A program made the translations under genes and the position numbers. A stretch of DNA of 64,000 bases from Candidatus Latescibacterota bacterium. Lineage in GTDB: Bacteria > Latescibacterota > UBA2968 > UBA8231. Location: positions 1,664,001 to 1,728,000 of the forward strand of contig OZ242318.1 in the NCBI GenBank assembly GCA_965208105.1, read 5' to 3'. The notes beneath the pieces were generated by a model, which worked only from the letters and a program-made list of their open reading frames with translations, did no database searches and had not been told where the DNA came from. Each line of letters starts with the position of its first letter. Within the stretch, counting starts at the first letter, position 1. This document shows positions 9,919-18,588 of the stretch, in pieces.

Positions 9919-10045
9919 GTGAGCAAGGCCGGTTCGACCACATGCTAAACCGAAATAGCGCGGACCAAATGGGGAGACCTGGACAATTCATTAATGCTCG
10001 CCATGCATCCCCCGCGCGCAGGGCTCTATCAGGCCGCGGAGGTAA

Positions 10046-10606
10046 TTGATTGTGATGATGGAAAAACGGCATGCCCTGGTCCTGCTTACCACCATTTTTC
10101 TCGTTTCCTGCGGCGGCGACGAGAAGCCCGTTGATCCCGAACCCGCTGCGCCTGACCACAATCTAGTCGGCTCCTGGGCTCTAGTCGGCACCGACATTAT
10201 CGACATCCTGGCACATGGGATGGCGGACTATTTGAGCGATGAAGGTGCCGACCAGGACGAAATAGATGAAATCATCAAAAACTTTCGCGCCGAGAATGAG
10301 AAAGGTGTAGAAGGATACCGGTCAACCATTCGCTTCAACTCGGATGCATCTTGGGTCGACGACATGGGAGGAAGCGGCACCTGGCGGGTTGATGGAAACA
10401 CCTTGATAATTGTTGAAGGAGGAAAAGAGGATCGAGTCAAGTATTTCGTCGATGGCGACGATCTCACCCTCATTATCCCCTTTGAGTTGGTTCATGATTA
10501 CCTACGTGAAGATGAGGACTTTTCTCAAGAAGATATCGCAGTTGTCAGTGAGATTTTTGGATTGGATGATGACACCCAATTTCGCCTCTTCTACAAGCGC
10601 CGGTAG
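10046..10606 (+). CDS. Lipocalin-like lipoprotein, copy 2
   Basis: Lipobox FLVSC, LVGSWAL and GTWRVDGNTL. GGAGGT RBS. Same length as copy 1. Confidence 0.75.
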   Translation: MIVMMEKRHALVLLTTIFLVSCGGDEKPVDPEPAAPDHNLVGSWALVGTDIIDILAHGMADYLSDEGADQDEIDEIIKNFRAENEKGVEGYRSTIRFNSDASWVDDMGGSGTWRVDGNTLIIVEGGKEDRVKYFVDGDDLTLIIPFELVHDYLREDEDFSQEDIAVVSEIFGLDDDTQFRLFYKRR

Positions 10607-10757
10607 GTATCCCTGGCCGGTTCGACCTCCAGCTTATCCGAAAAATAGCCCGGCCATTATGGGAGGTCTGGGCTATTCAATGATGCTCGCCACGCATTCC
10701 CCACACACGAGGCAATCAATTTGTTGGTAAGGACCGCTTCAGGAAGGATAAACCTCC

Positions 10758-11393
10758 ATGGCACCCGTTAGAATGCTGGTATTCGTCGGCAGCGAAGGCA
10801 TCTACCACGACCACCCGGGCCAGGGCCGATTTCTGACCGACCTGCTTAACCGGGATGACCGGCTCGAGGCCGACCTCTCGCGCGACTACGAGGTTTTGGC
10901 CGGCGGCCTCGCGGAGTACGACGCCACCCTCTTCTTCACCGATGTCGGCCATCTCTCAAAAGCGCAGGAACAGGGGCTGTTGCACTTCATTGAACACGGC
11001 GGCGGCTTTTTCGGCCTGCACACGGCGGACGCCTCCTTCCGCGACAACGCCGGCTACCACCGCATGCTCAACGGCTTCTTCGACGGACACAGCCCCTACA
11101 TGGATTTCACCGTCACCATCTCCGTCCCGGACCACCCCATTGCCGCCGGTCTGGAAGACTTCGCCGTGACCGACGAGTTGCACTACCTCAAGCACGACCC
11201 GGGGCGCTCGCATCACATCATGCACGCCTATGACCCCGGCCGCGACGAGACCCACGTCATGGCCTATCATCACACCTTCGGCAAGGGCCGGGTGTTCTTC
11301 TTCGCCCTCGGCCACGATATGGCGGTGATGGAAAACCCCTCCTTCCAAGAAGTGGTGCGCCGGGGTGCCCTTTGGGTGAGCAGAAGGTTGTGA
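10758..11393 (+). CDS. ThuA-like (class I glutamine amidotransferase-like) domain protein
   Basis: YHDH, GGGFFGLHTA, DHPI, TDELHY, GKGRVFFFALGHD, and RRGALW. Confidence 0.88.
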   Translation: MAPVRMLVFVGSEGIYHDHPGQGRFLTDLLNRDDRLEADLSRDYEVLAGGLAEYDATLFFTDVGHLSKAQEQGLLHFIEHGGGFFGLHTADASFRDNAGYHRMLNGFFDGHSPYMDFTVTISVPDHPIAAGLEDFAVTDELHYLKHDPGRSHHIMHAYDPGRDETHVMAYHHTFGKGRVFFFALGHDMAVMENPSFQEVVRRGALWVSRRL

Positions 11394-11647
11394 CAGTGCC
11401 GGGCTGGCACTATCTGGCTTTCGACTGAGGGGGAGCGGCCGGTTGGATTTCCTGCTCGTCGCCGGTCAGAACCTCGGGTTGCAGGGCAGAATCTCGAGCA
11501 ACTGAATGGCGGCTACGGTAGCCCATTCCGTCGAACCACCGCTGGGAAACGATAGTTTCTTTGTCAAAATATAATGAATTGATCGTTTCTCAAGGCGCCT
11601 GGACCTCCTTTGGGGCCATGACCGTCCTCGGGACATGGGAGATTCGC

Positions 11648-11689
11648 AAAAAAGAAGGGCGGCGCCGGTCCGTTCAACCGGCTCCGCCC
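11648..11689 (-). terminator. Rho-independent terminator of the Spy-like gene
   Basis: GC-rich hairpin GGGCGG.GCCGGT...ACCGGC.CCGCCC followed on the minus strand by TTCTTTTTT, about 25 bp after the stop codon. Confidence 0.65.
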
Positions 11690-11714
11690 GAAAGGCCGTA
11701 CTGCTTGGTCTGGC

Positions 11715-12161
11715 CTAGTGATGGGAACGGCCCCGACCGCGCTTGTGCTTGCCCTTGCTTTCGTGGCCGCCTTCGCCCTCGCTCATCTGGCGCTCTCCAC
11801 CTCGCCTGCCCCTGCGGTCCCAGCGCTCCTTTCTCAGCTCCTGCAGGCGCTCGAACTGCTCCTCGCTCAGCACCTCTCTCAATTCCCCCTCGGTCTCCTC
11901 GCGCAGCGCCATCATCTGTTTGCGCGCCTCACGCGGTTTCTCGCGGTGCTCGGCGAATAGCTTCTGGCGACTCTCCTTCTGGGCTTCCATGATCTCCTCG
12001 ACCTTCGACTTCTGCTCCTCGCTGAGGCCGAGCTCCTCGAAGAGGTGGGCGCTGGCTTTGCCGCCTTTGGTCTCCTTGCCCTCGGTCTCCGGGTCGGCTG
12101 CGGCCGGAAGGGTCCCCAGGATCAGGACGGCTGCGGCGGTCAGGGAGGTGATGGTCTTCAT
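11715..12161 (-). CDS. Spy/CpxP-like periplasmic protein (LTXXQ motifs)
   Basis: Signal peptide ending AAA-D, ELGLSEEQK and VLSEEQFERL motifs, charged helical body, GGAGG RBS. Confidence 0.8.
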   Translation of the reverse strand: MKTITSLTAAAVLILGTLPAAADPETEGKETKGGKASAHLFEELGLSEEQKSKVEEIMEAQKESRQKLFAEHREKPREARKQMMALREETEGELREVLSEEQFERLQELRKERWDRRGRRGGERQMSEGEGGHESKGKHKRGRGRSHH

Positions 12162-12317
12162 GGCGTTCCTCCGATCTTATGGGTTCCGGCGCGGCTGATT
12201 CCGGGCCGTTGTCCTGCTTTCACGAGATTGGACAACGCGGACACGCCGTTCATTCCACCATCCGTCGAAAGGGAGAGCCATACAGAAAGAAAATTCCCAA
12301 AAGTCCTATGTTCCACT

Positions 12318-13082
12318 CTACGGCTTCCTCGCCTCGAGGAAGAACTTCGCTGCGAAGTACCCGAGCTCTTCGCCGGCCTCGAGACGCTCCTGAAGCGCGA
12401 GCAGGTAGCGCAGGTGCGACTTCACCGTGAAGCCCGGAACTTCCCAGGGTATGGCCTTCAGGTAGTAGACGATCGCGCCCACGTCTTCGAACACGAGGCG
12501 GTCTTCCCACTTCTCGACGGTCACCATGCGGAGACCGGCCGCTTCCAGCATCGGCACGTAGCGCTCGACCGTGATGTCGGGGAACTCCGGTTCCGCGTCG
12601 AAGAGGGCCTTCAGGTCCCACAGCCACATTCCGTGCACCTGCTGGGTCAGGAAGGTGCCCCCCGGGGAAAGGACACGGGCGACCTCGCTCGAGTTGAACT
12701 CCGCGTGGCGGTTGAGTACTAGATCGAACTCGCCATCGGCAAAAGGCATGGGGCCGGTATCGGAGACGGCCGCCTTCACCACCTCCACTCCCAGAGGGGA
12801 AAGCCGCTCGCCCGCGAGCTCGAAATTCGGAGCGTAGTCCTCCGTGGCGACGACCCTTGCCGGCCAGTGTTCCCGCAGGCTCAACAGCTTCTCTCCCCCG
12901 CCGGTGTCCAGGTCGGTCACCGAGGACGAGCGCGCCATCAGTTCGGCCGCGCGGTCCAGGTAGGACCAGTGCTCCCGACCCGTCTTCATCCGGCCATCGA
13001 GATAGGAGAAGTCCCATCCGACGAAGGGCTGCCGCTCCTCCCGCAGCCAGGTCTCAACGAGTTCCGCCCGATCCTCTTTCAT
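12318..13082 (-). CDS. Class I SAM-dependent methyltransferase
   Basis: W..EE..PF.GWDFSYL, DLDTGGGE, MPFADGEFDLVLNRH and LSPGGTFLTQQV. Start is uncertain; the track's 13280 start overlaps the upstream gene. Confidence 0.85.
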   Translation of the reverse strand: MKEDRAELVETWLREERQPFVGWDFSYLDGRMKTGREHWSYLDRAAELMARSSSVTDLDTGGGEKLLSLREHWPARVVATEDYAPNFELAGERLSPLGVEVVKAAVSDTGPMPFADGEFDLVLNRHAEFNSSEVARVLSPGGTFLTQQVHGMWLWDLKALFDAEPEFPDITVERYVPMLEAAGLRMVTVEKWEDRLVFEDVGAIVYYLKAIPWEVPGFTVKSHLRYLLALQERLEAGEELGYFAAKFFLEARKP

Positions 13083-13155
13083 CACCTCGATGACTCCCTG
13101 GGCGACAACTCGCTCTCTTCTCTCCGTCTCAGCCTTACTGCCGGGACCGCCATGT

Positions 13156-14838
13156 CTAACAGAAATCCAAATCCGCCCCCAGGTTCGCCTGCAATACGCG
13201 CCTGGCGTAGAGCCGCCGCCATCCACGCGCCGGCGCATCGGGCGCCGTCCATTCCGCCCGCCGCCGTGCGAGGACATCATCGGGTACCAGCAGATCCAGG
13301 CGCCCGGCTTCCACGTCCAGCTCGATCAAGTCCCCGTCGCGGACGAGTGCCAGGGGCCCTCCCACCGCCGCCTCCGGGGCCACGTGCAAGGCTACCGTGC
13401 CATAGGCCGTGCCGCTCATCCGCCCGTCGGAGACGCGCACCATGTCCTCGACCCCCTGTGCCGCGAGGTACCTGGGCAAGGCCATGGAGCCGGCTTCGGG
13501 CATGCCGAGGGCAACCGGCCCGGCCCCGCGCAGCACCAGCACGTGCTCCGGGGTAATGCCCAACCCGGGGTCGTCCACGCGCTCGGCGTCCTCCGGACCG
13601 TCGAACACGACCGCCGGGCCTCGATGTTTGTGCAGGTGCGGGGACGAGGTGGCCTTCTTCAGGACCGCCCCGTCCGGCGCCAGCGAACCTTTCAGCACCA
13701 CGAGGGACGAGGCCGGACCCAGAGGCTCATCCAATGTACGGACCGCGGTCTGCCACGCGGCGGGCGCGGCCACCTTCTGCAGGAGCGCGCCAAGAGTTTG
13801 GCCGCTGACTCCCGTCGCATCGAGGTCGAGCATCGGCTCCAGCGCCTTGAGCAGGACGGGCACCCCTCCGGCCTTGTCGAAATCCTCCATGTACCCGGTT
13901 CCCGCCGGCTTGCAATCGACCAGCAGCGGCACCTGTCGGGCCACTGTGTGGAAGTCGTCCAGCGACAGGTCCACCCCCGCCCGGCGCGCTATGGCGAGCA
14001 GATGCACCACCGCGTTGGTCGAGCCGCTCAGCGCGGCCAGCACCTTGAGCGCGTTGGCAAAGGCCGCCGGCGTCAGTATTTCCCGCGCCGGGGTTCCCCC
14101 GGTGGCTAGGGCCACGGCGCGGCGGCCGGTGGCCACTCCAAGCCGCAAGCGCTGGCTTGAGACTGCGGGCGGAGTAGCCGCGCCCGGCAGCATCATCCCC
14201 AGGGCCTCGGCCACGCAGGCCATGGTCGAAGCCGTGCCCATGACCATGCAGGTCCCGGCGGTCGGGCACAGGCTCTGCCTGACGGCGGCGATCTCCTCGG
14301 CGTCGAGCGCGCCGGCCCGGTGCTGGGCCCAGTAGCGGCGGCAATCGGTGCATGCGCCCAGGCGCTCGCCGCGCCAGTCCCCGGTCAGCATCGGCCCGGT
14401 GACGAGGTGGATGGCGGGCACGGAGGAGGAGGCCGAGGCCATGAGCTGGGCCGGCAGGGTCTTGTCGCAGCCGCCGAGCAGCACGACCGCGTCCATGGGC
14501 TGGGCGGCGATCATTTCCTCGGTGGCCATGGCCATGAGGTTGCGAAAGAGCATGGCGGTGGGGGACAGGAGGAGCTCGCCCAGGGAAAGGGTCGGAAAGA
14601 CGAGAGGCAGCCCGCCCGCTTCCAGCACGCCCCGTTTGACCGCTTCCACGAGTTGGGGCATGTCGCGATGGCAGGTGGTGTAGTCGGACGAGGTGTCGGC
14701 GATGCCGACCACGGGCCGATCCAGGTCCGCCTCGTCGAAGCCGGCCGACGCGAGAAAAACGCGGCGCAGGTAGCGGCTGAAACCCGGGTCGCCGTAGTGG
14801 GTCAGGTTGCGATCGATGCCGGAGGGAGAAGTGGGCAT
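13156..14838 (-). CDS. IlvD/Edd-family dihydroxy-acid / sugar-acid dehydratase
   Basis: RPVVGI, CH, GGCDKT, GTCMVMGTASTM, GSTNAVVHL, GSLAPDGAVLK, DGRMSGTAYG and HVAPEAA. Start at ATG 14838 after AGGAG. Confidence 0.93.
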   Translation of the reverse strand: MPTSPSGIDRNLTHYGDPGFSRYLRRVFLASAGFDEADLDRPVVGIADTSSDYTTCHRDMPQLVEAVKRGVLEAGGLPLVFPTLSLGELLLSPTAMLFRNLMAMATEEMIAAQPMDAVVLLGGCDKTLPAQLMASASSSVPAIHLVTGPMLTGDWRGERLGACTDCRRYWAQHRAGALDAEEIAAVRQSLCPTAGTCMVMGTASTMACVAEALGMMLPGAATPPAVSSQRLRLGVATGRRAVALATGGTPAREILTPAAFANALKVLAALSGSTNAVVHLLAIARRAGVDLSLDDFHTVARQVPLLVDCKPAGTGYMEDFDKAGGVPVLLKALEPMLDLDATGVSGQTLGALLQKVAAPAAWQTAVRTLDEPLGPASSLVVLKGSLAPDGAVLKKATSSPHLHKHRGPAVVFDGPEDAERVDDPGLGITPEHVLVLRGAGPVALGMPEAGSMALPRYLAAQGVEDMVRVSDGRMSGTAYGTVALHVAPEAAVGGPLALVRDGDLIELDVEAGRLDLLVPDDVLARRRAEWTAPDAPARGWRRLYARRVLQANLGADLDFC

Positions 14839-14971
14839 GCGGCTCCTATTTGGCTTTGACTGGGCGGGTTGAGGTAGGGATTGGGTTGGGTGGGCTAAGA
14901 TATGGCTTGGGCAGGTGAGAATCAATGTGGATTGGGTTGGTCGGGACCGGAGGGGGTGCGCAAGGATGTGA

Positions 14972-15073
14972 TCACCGCAGCCTTAGTTCCAGGCGGCGGC
15001 CAAGAGCGTCGCTTACTTTCCGCAGCGTGGAAAGCTTGATGTCCTCGGCATGGTTCTCAAGGCGGGAAATAGC
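14972..15073 (-). pseudogene. C-terminal remnant of an XRE-family HTH regulator / antitoxin
   Basis: Translates AISRLENHAEDIKLSTLRKVSDALGRRLELRLR*. The N-terminal half and start codon are absent. Confidence 0.7.
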
Positions 15074-15116
15074 CCTACCGAGATATCCCCCCTCACCTAC
15101 CTCTCCACCCAGCCCC

Positions 15117-17090
15117 TCAATTTAGAAAGGTGCCGATCACGTTGCCCTGCATGCCCGTGAACAGGTCGATGATCAGCCAGCAGCCGGCGGGGAAGATCTC
15201 GCCCACGATCATGCCGAGGAAGAAGGGTACGGCCCTGCGATAGAGGTTGGGTCCGCCGTACTTGAGGATGACGCTTTTGAGGATCAGGGCGGCAAAGACG
15301 CTGAACCACATGGAGCCGAAGGCCGAGCTGATGGGGAAGCCGAGGGGGTGGAAGGGCCACCACAGGAACTTGTAGTGCAGCAGTTCCAGGACCGCCATGA
15401 TGCCGGCGCCCACCCCCACCTGGATCCAGCCGTCGATGTGGGGACCCAGCGGGGCCGATACCACTATGTCCATGAATTTGTAGGGGTACCAGGCTGAATT
15501 GGCGGCGTAGAACTGGTTGAGGTTGATGGCTCCGTGCTCGTAGGCGGTCTCCAGGCGGATCCACATGGCAATTACCAGGGTGATCAGCACCGTTCCCATG
15601 ATGGCCCAGAACAGGCGCCTCTTGTGGCGGCCGATGTGCTCGGCCAGCTTGAGCCCGTTGGTGCAGGCGCTCATCAACAGGATGAGCACGTCCGTGGCCC
15701 ACACGTAGGTGGTGGCCAGGGCGGCCCCCCCGCGGGAACCCACCAGCGCCGTGCCGAGCCCGGCCGAGACGAAGTCGGGCCCGGTGATGGGCGGGAACAT
15801 AACCGCGACCCCACCCTCCGCCACCACCCGGGTGATGGTCAGGAAGACGACGAAACAGGCGGCCAGCAGCAGGGGCACTATCCACAGGGGCAGGCCGGCG
15901 TGCCATAGCCAGACGCTCATGACCCCCAGACCCAGCAACCCGCCCAGGACGGCCTGGCGGTAGGACATTACCTCGCCGGCGTCGTCCGCCTCCCCGGCCC
16001 CCGAAAGGGCCTTGCGCCAGACCATGCGCAAATGGCCGCGGGCCTTCCACAAACCGAGGAGCACCAGGACGATCATGCCGCCCATGGCCTGGTACATGAC
16101 GATGGGGTGGGCGTAGTGGCCGAAAGCCCCCACCGGCCCCGGGTCGATCTCGATCCCGAGGAAGCGGAATAGCCCCTGCTCCACCACGTTGACGAGGTAG
16201 AAGAAACAGAGCCCGGCGGCGATGTTGCGGCTGATGAGGAAGGAGAATCCCACCAGGGTGAAGCTGAGGGTGAAGCCCACCGCGATGGAGCCGCGAAACA
16301 GGGGTATGGAGCCGAAGTTGGTGCTGATGGAGGGAAAGTAGTGGAAGTAGTTGTGCAGGGCGTTGAGATTGCCGATGGCGAAGGGGAGTAGGAAGCCCAG
16401 CCACATGACCCAGTTCTTGAAGAAGGGGGGGATCGCCGACGGCCGCCCTTCAGGGCTGCCGCCCCCCTCCTGGATCATGTGCAGCGGTAGCTGCATGGTG
16501 GGATAGACCAGGCGCTCGCGCTCCACCCACTGGCGGCGCAGCACCACCGAGACCGAGACCATGACCAGGAACAGGGCGAGGCCGAACAGGAGCCAGTAGA
16601 GCAGCGGCGCGGCCCAGGCGTCCCAGGGAACCCCGGCATGAGCCTGGTCGGCCCCTTCGTAGTACTGGCGCACCACCCGCTCGTCCTGGACGGTCGCCCA
16701 TTCGGGCAGAAAGGGCAAAAGCCGCTCGGACCAGCCGTTCTCGGGGGTGGCATAGTACTGCGCCCCGGTGGCAATGGGCATGACGTAGGCCGCGAAACCG
16801 CGGGCGGGCAGGGTATTGGCGATGAGCAGCAGGATGTAGACGACGGCCAGCTCGCTCTTGTCCAGGGCGAGGCCGCGGTGTGTCCGGCGCAGGACGGCGT
16901 TGACCAGGCCCACCAGCACGACGAAGAGAAAGATTGCCCCCGGGCTGGTGTTCCACACCCCCATCTGCGAGCCCTTGATGACCATGTCGCCGTAGGGGAT
17001 GGCCACGGCCATGAAAGCCGCCAGGGCCAGCCCCACGGCAATTGCCCGGAAGCTGCAGCCGCGGTAGGGACAGGGTGTTCTATGGTCCAC
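15117..17090 (-). CDS. Polytopic membrane protein, DUF6785/DUF6784-like putative transporter
   Basis: Many hydrophobic segments, ELAVVY, PWDAWAAPL, RRQWVERERLVYP, TRVVAEGG, WWPFHPLG and ILKYGG...PFFLG. Confidence 0.75.
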   Translation of the reverse strand: MDHRTPCPYRGCSFRAIAVGLALAAFMAVAIPYGDMVIKGSQMGVWNTSPGAIFLFVVLVGLVNAVLRRTHRGLALDKSELAVVYILLLIANTLPARGFAAYVMPIATGAQYYATPENGWSERLLPFLPEWATVQDERVVRQYYEGADQAHAGVPWDAWAAPLLYWLLFGLALFLVMVSVSVVLRRQWVERERLVYPTMQLPLHMIQEGGGSPEGRPSAIPPFFKNWVMWLGFLLPFAIGNLNALHNYFHYFPSISTNFGSIPLFRGSIAVGFTLSFTLVGFSFLISRNIAAGLCFFYLVNVVEQGLFRFLGIEIDPGPVGAFGHYAHPIVMYQAMGGMIVLVLLGLWKARGHLRMVWRKALSGAGEADDAGEVMSYRQAVLGGLLGLGVMSVWLWHAGLPLWIVPLLLAACFVVFLTITRVVAEGGVAVMFPPITGPDFVSAGLGTALVGSRGGAALATTYVWATDVLILLMSACTNGLKLAEHIGRHKRRLFWAIMGTVLITLVIAMWIRLETAYEHGAINLNQFYAANSAWYPYKFMDIVVSAPLGPHIDGWIQVGVGAGIMAVLELLHYKFLWWPFHPLGFPISSAFGSMWFSVFAALILKSVILKYGGPNLYRRAVPFFLGMIVGEIFPAGCWLIIDLFTGMQGNVIGTFLN

Positions 17091-17250
17091 GTCTATAATT
17101 CCTCAAAGGCGGAAATATGCGCCGATGGGATGGCTGAATGCTGGTTTGGGGAAGAGGGGAGTCTCGATCCTGAACACTCTGCATTTTGGTTCAGAATCGG
17201 GGGACCTCGTTGCGCGCAGGTGGGACTGGCCTGCTACCGGGGAGGGGTGA

Positions 17251-17631
17251 TCACCGCGCGGGTCCGCAGATGGTGATGAGGTAGCCGTCGGGGTCGCGGA
17301 GCTTGAATTCGTCCTGATGCGCCAGGGGATTGAAGCCCAGGTCGATTTCCATCTGGGCATCGGCCTCCCTTGCCCGCTGGTAAACGGATTCCAGGTCCGC
17401 CGTCCTGAAGTAGATTTCCACGCCTCGCCCCACCTGCCCTGCTTCGTCGGCGGCCATGGAAGGATGATCGTCGAGTCCCAGCTTGTGCAGCAGGATGACC
17501 ACCTCGCCTCCAGCGTTGACGATGCGGTCGAACTCGGACCCGCCGTGGTTGCTGCTGCAGCCCAGAAGGTGCTGGTACCACGCCGAGCTTTTCTCCACGT
17601 CGGCGACCCCGATCATGGTCTCGGTCTTCAT
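17251..17631 (-). CDS. VOC / glyoxalase family protein
   Basis: IGVADVEKSSAWYQHLLG and EFKLRDPDGYLITI. Confidence 0.88.
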   Translation of the reverse strand: MKTETMIGVADVEKSSAWYQHLLGCSSNHGGSEFDRIVNAGGEVVILLHKLGLDDHPSMAADEAGQVGRGVEIYFRTADLESVYQRAREADAQMEIDLGFNPLAHQDEFKLRDPDGYLITICGPAR

Positions 17632-17644
17632 GCAATCCTCCTTT

Positions 17645-18517
17645 TCACCCTTCGATGAACGCGATGATAGCCCGCGCCAGCTCCTTGGGCTTGTGATAGC
17701 CGATGTCGTGGATGGTTTCGGCTATCCAGTGGACGCGGCAGTTGGGGATGGCATCCGCCGCCAGGTCCACCAGGCGCCTGCGGGCGAGAGCGAACTGGCT
17801 TTCGGCCTCCCGCGGCGAGGCGCCGGCGGGGACGATCAGGGTGGGGCACTCGACCCGCGGCCAGGCCTCGGAGGAAGGGTCCTCCCACATGGCGCGAATG
17901 ACCTGGGCCTGGTTTTCAGGTCGCAGGATGTCGTAAATCTGCCCGTCGCGCTCATAGACCATGGTCTGCACGATGCGCTCGACTTCGTCGTTCCAGCTCT
18001 CCGCAAGCTGCCCGGCCATTCGCCGCAGGAACTCGGCGCGGGTGCCCGACACGTTGCGCGGGGCCAGCCTGCGGCTGAAGTCCTCCCAGGTGCCGCCCGG
18101 AATCATCTCGGGGCCGACGAAGCCGCCGTCTATCATCACCAGGGCGCTGACGCGATCGGGGTAGTGCGCCGCGGTGGCGACGGCCACGTTGCCGCCCCAC
18201 GAGTGCCCCAGAACGATGGCGCGCTCGATTCCCAGCACGTCCAGCAGCCCGACCGCGTCGGAGGCGACCGAACGCCAGTCGTAGCCGCCGGCGGCCTGCG
18301 TCGTCCTGCCGTGGCCGCGCTGGTCCGGGGCAACGATGCGGAACCGGCCGCACAAATAGGGAGCCAGGATGTCGTACCAGTGCGCCGAGGAGGCCAGTCC
18401 GTGCAGGGCCAGGACCGGAGGCCCGTCGCCGCCCCAGTCGAGATACCGCATGCGCAGGGAGCGCACCTCCGCCCACTCTTCGGCGGGTTTGGGCTTCCCG
18501 GGATCGGCTATGGGCAT
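17645..18517 (-). CDS. Alpha/beta fold hydrolase
   Basis: ALHGL, PDQRGHG, GHSWGG nucleophile, CPTLIV and HDI. Start estimated at ATG 18517. Confidence 0.88.
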   Translation of the reverse strand: MPIADPGKPKPAEEWAEVRSLRMRYLDWGGDGPPVLALHGLASSAHWYDILAPYLCGRFRIVAPDQRGHGRTTQAAGGYDWRSVASDAVGLLDVLGIERAIVLGHSWGGNVAVATAAHYPDRVSALVMIDGGFVGPEMIPGGTWEDFSRRLAPRNVSGTRAEFLRRMAGQLAESWNDEVERIVQTMVYERDGQIYDILRPENQAQVIRAMWEDPSSEAWPRVECPTLIVPAGASPREAESQFALARRRLVDLAADAIPNCRVHWIAETIHDIGYHKPKELARAIIAFIEG

Positions 18518-18588
18518 AGTTTTCTTCTCAATCGCCTCAATTGGAAGGCCTGGGCGGCTCGCCATGATGGTTGCACCCGCGTTTCCTC

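Larger units (their letters stand above)
9344..10710 (+). repeat. Tandem duplication with 688-bp period (lipoprotein gene plus flanks)
   Basis: Upstream cgcgg.ggt.attgattgtgatgatgg and downstream ggccggttcgacc...atgctcgcca.gcat.ccc both recur 688 bp apart (9358/10046 and 9927/10615). Confidence 0.85.

Noticed and set aside
12228-12258. ECF sigma promoter (GGAAT...GTCCAA) upstream of the Spy-like gene
   Set aside because: Plausible, but the spacing is ambiguous and the motif is too short to support.
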